DNA of 64,000 bases from Vitrella brassicaformis CCMP3155 (taxonomy: Eukaryota; Protista; Chromerida): NCBI GenBank assembly GCA_001179505.1, contig CDMY01000297.1:62001-126000 (forward strand). Reading direction: 5' to 3'. Made by a program: the position numbers and the translations under genes. The notes below the pieces were generated by a model that had not been told where the DNA came from, made no database searches, and saw nothing but the letters and a program-made list of their open reading frames with translations. Positions 48,026 to 57,863 of the stretch are shown here, one piece after another; positions within the stretch are counted from its first letter, which is position 1, and each line of letters starts with the position of its first letter.

Positions 48026-51000
48026 TCATGTTCTATATCTGTCCATGGCCTCCCGTATGTCCTTATTTTTGGCCACTTCATATGGTGTCTCGCCCTGCAC
48101 ATATGACATACATCCAATCGCCGATGGCCATGCCAGCGTATGTATGTCCTGCCACCTTATCGTTTTTGCGAGCGAGGGCTGCTTTGTCCCACTGTAAGAG
48201 CTGCCTGACTGCCTCCAAGTGTCCATTTGCGCTGGCGCAGTGCAACGCGGTCCGTCCACCCTGACGAGACACACACACAGTGATGCAACGGAGACATGGG
48301 ATCGCCTCGCCTTCACCTTGCCCTGCTGCTCCAGCAGCCCCTGACGCCTGTCCTCCGGCACTCTCTCATATATCGTACGCATCACCTTGACGTGTCCTCC
48401 GCCAGCAGCCGTCAGGAATGCGGTGTATCCTCCATCGGTAAACGATTCCAGAAGCGGCAAGCCGCCCCAGTCGAGCAGCTGACCCACAGCGACACTGTGT
48501 CACTTGTTCGCCGCGCAGTGAATCGCCGTCCACTTGCCCTACATCGATTGTTCTTCATCCATGAGCCTTTACTTGACTGAGGGCTTCCTCACCTTATTGT
48601 GCTCTTCCAACAAGCTTTTGCGACCAGCTTGGTCTGGGAGAGCATCATACATGACCTGCATCACCTTGGCATTGCTGCGTCAAGAATTGGTTCATGCAGA
48701 TAGGGGCTAGAATGTCAATGGCATCCTTCATCACCTGCAGACAGGAAGGGCGTGAATTGTCCGTCGGTGCGCTGCTCGAGCAAAGACACGCCACCCCAGT
48801 TCAGCAGCTTGCGAACTGCAGTCGCATGGCCGTTGTTTGCGGCGCAGTGCAAAGCGGTCCACTGGCTCTGACGATCAGCATGCACGGAGAGAGCAATAGA
48901 CGCGCAATGCGCCTCTGCTGTCCGAAGAGGGCTCACTTTGGTGCGCTCTTCCAGGAGCGGTTTCCCATCGTATTTGTAGATGAGCTCCATGACGGCTACA
49001 CTGCCGCCTGCCGCAGCTAGAATGAATGGCGTCTCATCGTTCTTTGTGCGGTCCCTGAGGATGGCGGCGCCTCCCGCTTTCAACAGCTCGTTTATGACGA
49101 CCGTGTGGCCCTTCCGTGAGGCACGATGCACCGCCTTCCATCCACCCTGCAGTCACACCCCACCCAAACAGACTGCGTAGTCGGCGTCTTGTGCCTTGTT
49201 TGCTTACATTGTTCGTTTGGTCCAAAAGCTCTTTGCGCCGCTCTTTCGGCATCGTGGAGTACATCAGGCGTACCATTGGCAGGTTGCCGCTGTCCGCAGC
49301 TACGATGAATGGCGTGTCGCCGTTCTGAATCACACGAGCAGAGACACGCACTGGACTTCCTGTCTCTGTTGGTGTTGAGACGCACATTGGTGGCTTTATC
49401 GAGGAAGGCCGGTCCTCCCAATTCCAGCAAATGCTTCGACACTTCATTGTGGCCCTCTCGCACAGCCAAGTGAAGAGGCGTCCGGCCCCTCTATGAGACA
49501 GCAATCAGCAATACCCAATTGAAACGTTTCTTCGCCAGCCACAGGCTTACCTTGTCTTTGAGTGACAAGATGAAAACCTTGGGGTCCTTCTGGCGCGCGA
49601 CTATCTCCTTGAGGACCTCCAAATGCCCCTCCTCAGCAGCCTCACTGGCGATGGTGTTGCCGAACTACGTGGCACACGCAGCAGGAAAGTAGAACGATGT
49701 GGAGGCTCTTGTGCATTGCGAGGCTGCCCACTTTGTCAGGAAGTGTGAAGAGGTCATTTCCTCCGGCTGCGAGTCCGGCATCAAGGAAAGTGCCGACCAA
49801 CTCCACATCACCTTTGGACGCCGCCACATGTATAGGCGGGGGATACGACTGAGAGCAAAAGCAGGGGAAAATATAGTGGAAAAGGATTTCACAATGAATA
49901 AGCGTACCTTGGTTGCCATTTTTATGAGGGCCGTCCTCCCACCCTCGATTATCTTCTTCGCCGCTTCCGCTTTGCCATTCAAGGTGGCACAATGCAAGGC
50001 TGTGCACCCGTCCTGGAAATGGAATCGATCAAAGCTCAAGTGGCCATCGCTCCTGCACTTAAGTGTGGCTTACACTGTCAACTTCCTCCAGGCATTTTGC
50101 CCCTTTCTGCTCGATCAACCGTGCTAGCACTTCCATGTTTTGCTCAGCGCTTGCGTCGAATATGGTAATCTAGAAAAGACGAAGCGAGACACGATCCGTA
50201 CGAAAGACAAGCTGTGGTCTACCTCTTCGGTGGCTGTCTGTGCCGTCTGTCCACTGCTGGGTGCCGCTGGAGCAAGCACAGACGGAGGCAGGGCCTCATC
50301 GACATCCACTATTCCAGGAAGGCTTGGTGGGGCACCCCGCAGAGGCAGCAGATCTGCAAGTAATGCACCGAGACGAGAGACAGCTTCATGCATCAAAGTG
50401 CTGTCTCTCCTCACTTTGCACTGGAGAAGTTATGGAAGTTCTCCTCTCCTCCCCCATGGCCCTCCAAATCAATGTCCGACGGGGGGCACTCCCTTGATCA
50501 AATTGTTGGATCTCCACACTCTTGCCGTTGGCTGCCAAAAAATGCCCAGGCAGACCCACGCACTCATACATCTTGGGATTGCCGTAGACGAAATTATTCT
50601 CGCTCTGGCCTTTGGGGCTGAAAACTAGATCATCATCCTTCGCCCCAGCGGCTTCGATGCAGTGCTTGCAGCAAGCACAGCAGCAAAAAGTGCAAATACT
50701 GCATAATCCGGCTTTCTTCGCGGGCGAGATGACGAGCTCTTGTCGATCGACTTGTGTCCACTGCTGGTACTCCGCCCGGTCGACGCTGTCCTTTTCAAGC
50801 GCAGGTGTCTCAAGGATAAGCTTGGGCCGCCGACGCTGGTCGATACTTGCTGGCTTAACCGCAAGCGTCTTGTTGGGGAATGCTAGAGAAATCAGCCGGA
50901 ATGTCTCGGTTTTCTTCATGGTCAGATCGTCATGGGCCTTCCTCCACAGCTCTTTCTTGGCGATGGGCTTGCCAATCTGCGGCGTCGTCTTCTCTCTCAG

Positions 51001-51714
51001 CCCCAGATCAAAGCTGTCGGGGCCCTTGAAGGCCGTGAGGACAAGAGGAGGAATGGTGCCCACGTTTTCAAGGGAGAAAGGGGGCTCTCCCTGGTTCTCG
51101 TCATCAATGCGGTTCTGCAGCTGTTTTTTGAAGGGGGGGTTGCCTCTGCAGAGGACAATACCGTCGGGCAGCTTCCAAGGGTGAATTAGCTTCCCGCAAA
51201 AGGCACCCACACCACAGAAATAACACCAACGCATTGATTTGCACACCCACGCGCATCCCTTGCTTACCATCGGCTGCAGAATGTAGGGAGTGTACATGTC
51301 CTCGATGATGATGGACAGGTAGGAGGACGCGATGCTGTAGAGGGTGAGGTCCTTGCCGGCACCCAGCATGTGCCAGTTGTTTGCTCGCTCGAAATATCTG
51401 TAGTTGATCTCAAGCCGCTTCTTGTCGTCCTCTTCGTCTTCATCTTCAGTCTCATTTTCCACTTCAGCACGGCCTCCAAACCCACCGACTTCAACGCCCA
51501 CCCCGACCTTCCAAGTCCTCGCTCTGCGCTGTCGTTTGGCCTGCTCGATGTCCTCCCTGACCTTTTCCACCTCTCCACCTGGACACAGTCGAATGTGCGC
51601 TGTCAACAGCAAAGAGAACCTGTGCATACAGACTCCGCGCTGGAAACCCACCGTCATCTTACCTCTACGGTTGGACTTGTTTACGACCTCGAGGCTCGTG
51701 TATATTTCCGTCAT
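48026..51714 (-). CDS. Fusion: unknown N-terminal domain + ricin-B/beta-trefoil-like region with Cys string + Pro-rich linker + about 13 ankyrin repeats
   Basis: ATG at 51714 (MTEIYTSLEVVNKSN). In-frame splices PVQ|NLLPLRGAPP...TATEE|ITIFDASAEQN lead into repeats such as GCTALHCATLNGK, GRTPLHLAVREGH and GRTALHCASANGH. Ends GETPYEVAKNKDIREAMDRYRT*. Confidence 0.75.
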
Positions 51715-51893
51715 CGGGATAGGGAAGAACTTCCCGGCTGAAGGGAGGGAAAGTTGAGACTCCTCCCCGCAGCCCCCAGTCTCGACACCTGAGTTTACGC
51801 TACAGCGTGGTGGCGGACTACGATTTCTTTCCTGGTCTCGCGGCATTCGAGGGTTGCTCTTCGGCCTCGTGCACCCCTGTGATGATAAACGAG

Positions 51894-52941
51894 ATGAAGC
51901 TGGTATTGGCCCTTTGTTTCGTCGTGCTTGTCGGAGTGTACGGGGCGCCTCGTGCCACAGGGAAGGCGGCTGCTCAACTGGAGAGCTCTTTGGTAATTGA
52001 CGCGCTGCTCTCTCGTCGATACGACGTGGAGGACGTCAACATCGTCAAGAGAGGCGGCAGGGTGGTCATGGTGGACGGTCCGCCAGAGGCACTTGATGAG
52101 CTCTTCCAACGACGAGGTACGTGTGATGGTTTGCGAGGCCACAGTGCACCTCAAGCTGCCTATTCTGTGGGCTTTCGTTAGGCGCAGAGCAGGATTGTGA
52201 GGCCCCGGAAAGTACAACGGCATGCCCTGGTCAGACACAGTGCAGAGAGAGGCTCATGTGACGTCATGCTCAATGGATCCCTGGTGGTGCAGGCAGCGCA
52301 GCCAATGGCCTCCCCGCGTGCACTATCAGCAATGAGGTCACTAACGCGGACGGCTCAAAAAGCGGCACCATCAGCGGCATCAACTGTGAGGTCACAAGGA
52401 CAGGCCTTCCCATGGCTGTTGAGGTGACGGATGATGCCGACATGGATGGCCTCGACTTCTTCATCGACGAGTACACAGTGGAGATTCCTTCGACCGTTCC
52501 AGACGGTTCGAATGTCGTCTTTGCTGTCGACAGTAACGTGGCCGACACAGACTTTCAAGTGGTTCTCTTCCCAGGCACAGACGACGAAGAAGACATTCAG
52601 TCGAGGGTGGCGACTGACGCTGTCGACAACTATGAGAACGTGATTGTCGTCCGGGCCGCCGTCGATGGTGTTAGAAGAGGGACGGTCAAACTCGAGGTAC
52701 GTACGTGAATGTGTGTGAAGGTGCTTACTGTATACACGCATCTCATTCATTTATTCATTCCCCCGTGTGCGTTGTGTGTCGATGCATTGAATGGCAGCTC
52801 GGCTGCGTCTCGTTCACTGCGGACTGCAATTACACCTTGATTATATTCGAGCACACTGGATGCTGCGCCCTTGACCTTGGAAGTGGCATTACTGTCGACG
52901 ACGTGGGCACAGAATTTGCTGCTGGCGCCACCATTGCGTGA
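51894..52941 (+). CDS. Secreted acidic Cys-containing protein with probable propeptide (4 exons)
   Basis: Signal MKLVLALCFVVLVGVYG; ...DELFQRR|GAEQDCEAPESTTACP|GSAANGLPACTISNEV...RGTVKLE|LGCVSFTADCNY...ATIA*. All junctions are in frame. Confidence 0.75.
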
Positions 52942-53831
52942 AGAAAGCTCGTCGAAGCGAGCGGGTAGGGTGGGGACCTCTCGACATTCAGAGATTCGGC
53001 TGGTGGGGCGCTGGGGTGATGTGTGTACGACTTGACTGATACATGGGCAGAGAGACAGACGGTTGCACGGATGTCGAAAAGACGTCCTGCATCTGTCATT
53101 CACACACACGACAGAGAGACCTTCGTACTGTGTGTATCATGCAGCGAGAGACACGATTTAGTTGCGTTGTCGTGTTTGGTCGCCTTCTCTTTAGCCACGT
53201 AGGACGTGTTTGGGCTGTCGTTGCCTTCATTTGGCGGGAAGGAGAGAAGATGTGACCGGCGAGCTATGTACGTATCCATTGACCGTTAGATGCGGAATCG
53301 TTTTGTAAGTGAGAGAGATGAACACCACTGCTGAGTCAGCAGCGCACACGCTTGCTGTCATTGATCTGTTCCATTGGTCCTTTTCTACAAGACGTCCTGA
53401 TGCGATGTCTGCATAAAGCTACGCGTTTTGATCACAGCATGAATGAGTGTCTGCGCGTCACTGCGTCCCATGATGCACATGTGACCATAAAGACGATTGC
53501 TACCCGTGATCCCCACCCACTCCCTGTACACCTGTAATGGAATGCGCGTGTGACACGCATGCACGATGAGTACTCTCACTTATCATTATCACTGCAAAGG
53601 TCCCTTCGGGACGGCAGCACCATGAATGTGGCAAAACGAGCGGCCAACATATAGAATGAGGGAAGGAACAAAACGGGGGCAGAACAAGACGAAGAGGGAG
53701 GCAGGAGACAGGCAGATGGGTTGGTAGGCAGCCAGTACCCCGACTCGTTATGTACACAGAGCAGCGGAAAAACTCCATTCAACAGACAAGGCGGTGGATG
53801 GACAGCGGCCCTCTGATGATATCTATCATCA

Positions 53832-56618
53832 TCATAGTATTGCGGGATCGATGATCGAGAATCCCGCCTCACTCTTGCGCCCCCAGCCCTTGTCGAGCCA
53901 CAGCATCGCCACATCCACCTGCTTCTCAAGCCTACACACACAAATCCAGAGATAGGATGGAAACGTGACAGAGACGATGACGCCCAGAATCTGCGCACCT
54001 TTTCTTGTCAAAGACGGCGTCCGGTGCGAACTGCCCGTGAAGCCCCAATGGGAGGGCATACTGCAGGGGCAGCCTCCTGATCGGCCCCTGACTGATGTCA
54101 CGCGCCTCAAAGATCAACAGCTGCACCAACATCACAGCCACACGCGACGGGAGATTGCGTCACTGACTGGCCTTTTGGTAGCAAGTGTTTCGGTGATGTC
54201 GCGTACCTCAGATTTCATATCTCGCCCGTTAAAGAGGTATGCCAGTAGGTATCCCTCGTCCTCCGGCGTGTCGGGATATGGCGGCTTGGCCTTCTTGGGG
54301 GCGAACACCATCTCGCCAACGAACTCGTGGGGCTCGGGCAACCATATCTGACAATGAAGGGATAAGGACGCACGCAGAGAAGGGGATTCCAGTCCATGCT
54401 TGAGTGATGGATGGCGCCCTTAAAATGCGTACCTGTCTCTCATTTGTCTCCACGTCCAGCTTGACGGGCGCCTGTACAGGGCCGCTCGGACCCACCTCAC
54501 TCTGGGCACAGAACCACACATACCTGTGCGCACCATACACACGAGCCACAGCACATTTATCTCATTGCGCAAGTCTTGCAAGGATGGCTTCCCCCGGTGC
54601 TTGCCTGTGTTTTTGTGTGACGACTCGTGGGTTGACTGTGGGGAAGTCCAGCGAGCGGTCTGTGACGAGCGGCTCCTTCCTGAAGGTGCCGTCACGGGTG
54701 TTCAGTCGATACCGATACATCAGAGACTGACACACACACAATAAAGGGAGATGATTCCAGAAGAGTGATGAATGCGTTGTATCTGGATGTGTGTATACCT
54801 TTGACACGTTGGCGAAGAGGTCCTCTGCTTCGTAGAGCGGAATGTCATCGTCGATGTCGAACTTATCGTAGTTGTCTATCGTCACCACATCAACCACCAC
54901 CTCACCCGTGGCTGGAGACACACACACACACACACACACAGAGACAGAGAGAGAGGACAGGCAGACAGACAGGAGGGAAACGATCCGATACGTCCGTCGG
55001 CCATGTTTGCCGTGTTCATGTGTGGCTCACCCTTGTCCTCATACGAATTGACGAAGTGAAAGTTGAAGAAGCTGTCGATCGGCACACTGATCAATCCCTC
55101 GCCATCCTGACACACACCACCGGCACACGCAACCAAGATGCAACCACATCTCCTCACAGACACGTGTGTTAGCTACGCGTGTACCTTCATGTTGCTGTCT
55201 CTGGGCAGCAGGTGGACGACTGCAGGTTTGGTTTTGTCGAAGTCGATGCACTCGAAGGCCGTCTTCGTGCCCAAAAGGAAAGCGAAAGGGTTGAAGCTGG
55301 TCGGGTTCTGGAACCACACATAATAGCTGCACACACACAGACCAGGGAGAATTCACCGACATTGCTTTAGACGGTGACTGAGAGGCTCCGTCTGGCGTGC
55401 TTACTTGTCTGTCAGCGCCCAGTCGTGCATGAATGGCGTCCCCTGGACGTTGAACGACTTCCGCGACACACAGTCAAACTGGTCGTCGTACTCCCATGCG
55501 GTCACCTGCGCGGACACAAACACACACCACACACATCGACGCCGCTTCCTGCCCATCATCCCTTTTCGTCTCGGTTCCCACCTTGCCCGAGTTAAGTCCG
55601 ATTTTGGTGCCGAAGTTGACTAGCCGATTGCGAATGGGGTCGATCTTGTAGTGGGCGCTGAACGGGTCCCTCGTGTTCTCCAGCGACTTGCGGAGGTCGG
55701 TGGCCCCCCAGCAGCCCAGAGCAATTGGGTCCATGTTCCAGGGCGCCGCCCCCTCCCACAAGGCGAGCAGGAATCCCGACCAATAGACCACATGGGTGTT
55801 GGCGACGTTGCGAAGGAACGTGTCGAAAACGTTACGTATCCATCCGCCTTTCTTCTGTGTGCCGACGCCCCTGTAGAGGATGCGGTTGGCCCTCAGCTCC
55901 CGCAGGTAGTAGGGGCTTCGGATGAACTTGTTCCTGAAGAACGCCGTGCTGTCCTGAAAGGTCACCGCCGCTATCTGAGAGGCCGAGAGGGACAAAATCA
56001 TGTGTGCGCAGATCAGTGTGTCGGCCTCTTCGTCCCTCGTGCGGGCCTACCATTCCATGTGCGTCGAATGGGTGTGTGATCTTCTCGCCGCCGATCTCAA
56101 ACTTCGCAGGGATGTTCTTGAAGAACGTTCCCTGCGCGACCACATGAGCACATCACACGGGCACGGCCACACAAATGAGAAACTACCATCATGCTTGACC
56201 CAGCAATGCCGTTTCCTCACCTCCAGGTCGCTCGGTATGTCCCCCTCAAGGTAATAGTAGCCTTCTGGTGGCTCCATGAAGTTCCGCTTGAACGCATCTA
56301 CGTCACACAGCGACCTGAACACGAAGAGAACCCACGAAGAAGCCATTCCCTTCATGGCACGTTGCTGTGCGCTTACGGGTCATGCCTGGACTCCCGCCTT
56401 GGCTCAATGGCTGTCGGTGGTGGCTCACTGATGGCCGTCGGCGCACCAGACATCCTCAGCGACGCAAAACCGCTGCGAACGCGACCAGTTCTCTTTCGTG
56501 TTGGCCCCTCCTCGCTTCTCAGGGGCAACAGGAATGCTGTTGGCGGTCTGCTGAGTGCAAAGGTGTCGTCAGCAAGCAGCGCAAGCGGGAGCAAGAAAGC
56601 TGCCAGATTCGACCACAT
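53832..56618 (-). CDS. CCD: Carotenoid cleavage dioxygenase (RPE65/CCD family) with bipartite plastid-targeting-like leader
   Basis: HPFDAHGMV, RNVANTHVV and LLALWEG. Four Fe-ligand His motifs FSAHYK, FMHDWA, FNFHFVN, LGLHGQF; DEGYLL. Leader MWSNLAAFLLPLALLADDTFA then an S/R-rich LSRPPTAFLLPLRS...RSGFASLRMS. Confidence 0.93.
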
Positions 56619-56893
56619 GACAGCAAGGGTCTGATCTGACACAAACTGAGTCGTGAGATCGGCAAAACGACGGTCCTCGGAAACAGCTAAGCTCGCAGAC
56701 CGATCGCTGGTCGCGTACGCACGCAGAGGGAAAATGAAGCTCAGAGGCTCCTTGCTCGCAGAGGCGAGGAACACACAAATAACACACAAACGGATGAGAA
56801 CATTCAATAAATTGAGAACATTGTGCGGCTGTCACTGGTGTGTTGGTGCTGGCGCATCAGGATGGCTGTGTGGGGGGTGCCCACCCCTCCATC

Positions 56894-56990
56894 TACGTAT
56901 GCTGTGCGTTTCCACGCCATTGATTCATGCAGGCGATGACGCCCTTCTGCAACAACAGTGGAGGGACGGTCAACAGTTGTGTGTTGTCCG
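56894..56990 (+). pseudogene. Third, diverged copy of the peptide-gene last intron/exon junction
   Basis: gctgtgcgtttccacgccattgattcatgcag|gcgatgacgccctt (acceptor at 56932) matches ttcgccattgattcgtgcag|gcgatgacacccct (57511) and gctgtgcgttccctcgccgttccttcgtgcag|gcgacgacgcccct (63807), but it loses the RR site and the Cys pattern. Confidence 0.5.
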
Positions 56991-57361
56991 TGAGCTGCCC
57001 GCTGAGAGCGCTGTGCCTGAGTCATCATCTGCTAACGTGTTGCCGTCCGCTGCCCTCCCCCCTTCGCCCCCAGCAGGCGGCCGGCCACGACGCTGCCGAC
57101 AGCATCGGAGGACACAAAGACCACGGCAAGGAAGCAGAGGGATCGGGTGGCTCACGTGGGTGTGGTGACAATGGACGAGGCGTTATCGGTGGTGTGGTGG
57201 GCGGTGAGGAGGCCGGGCGGACAAGGGCTGCAGGGTGTCGGATGCGTCGAGTGGGTGTGGTGGGGATGGAGGAGGCATTGTCGGTGGCGTGGTGTGCACT
57301 GAGGGTCTGTCTGGCGGTGCGTTCGCAGACCCCGTCTGCTTGGAGAGGCTCCTTCGGTTAG

Positions 57362-57576
57362 GGTGACCGTAGCGTGTCCAGAGGGACTGCGCTGCTGGGT
57401 GGCAAGCAGACGCTCGACGACCACGATGGTGAGTCAACAAAGACACAACACCCACGCTTCCATCTGTGCAAATCATATAGCTGTGTCTTTCTTCGCCATT
57501 GATTCGTGCAGGCGATGACACCCCTCTGCGCCGCCTGAGCTGCTTTGCCAACTGCACTGGTACAGAGGGGAGATGA
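57362..57576 (+). CDS. Paralogous pro-peptide and mature-peptide exons of the Cys-peptide precursor family (first exon not resolved)
   Basis: Exon 57362-57428 GDRSVSRGTALLGGKQTLDDHD plus phase-1 intron plus exon 57512-57576 GDDTPLRRLSCFANCTGTEGR*. Homologous in sequence and intron phase to 63646-63899. Confidence 0.65.
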
Positions 57577-57863
57577 CTGATGCAGAAGCTCTCATTCATT
57601 CGTACAGCTGGCGACGCCTTCAGTCGCACAGGTGCTGAACACACTCACGTACACGCCCATGGATGAGGCGTGCATTTGATGTTGACTCTCTCTCTCTCTC
57701 TCTTCAGTCTGCGAGTGCATGTGTGCATGACTGAAGAGTGAGTACAGACAAAGATAGATAGATATGAGGCATCCGATGTCGTCATCGTATTGCAGACTCG
57801 GATGCGTTCATGAATGGCCTGTGACTGAAGTACTATTATGTCCAGTCAGCCATATCTCACTCG

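Noticed and set aside
53599-53612. gtcccttcgggac hairpin resembling the U6 snRNA 5' stem
   Set aside because: The U6 core (ACAGAGA box and internal stem-loop) does not follow.
57512-57576. Resemblance of CFANC...G-R to vasopressin/conopressin (C-x4-C)
   Set aside because: The loop is C-x3-C and arises by deletion from the 6-Cys paralogue, so the similarity is coincidental; only the amidation-type terminus is retained as an observation.
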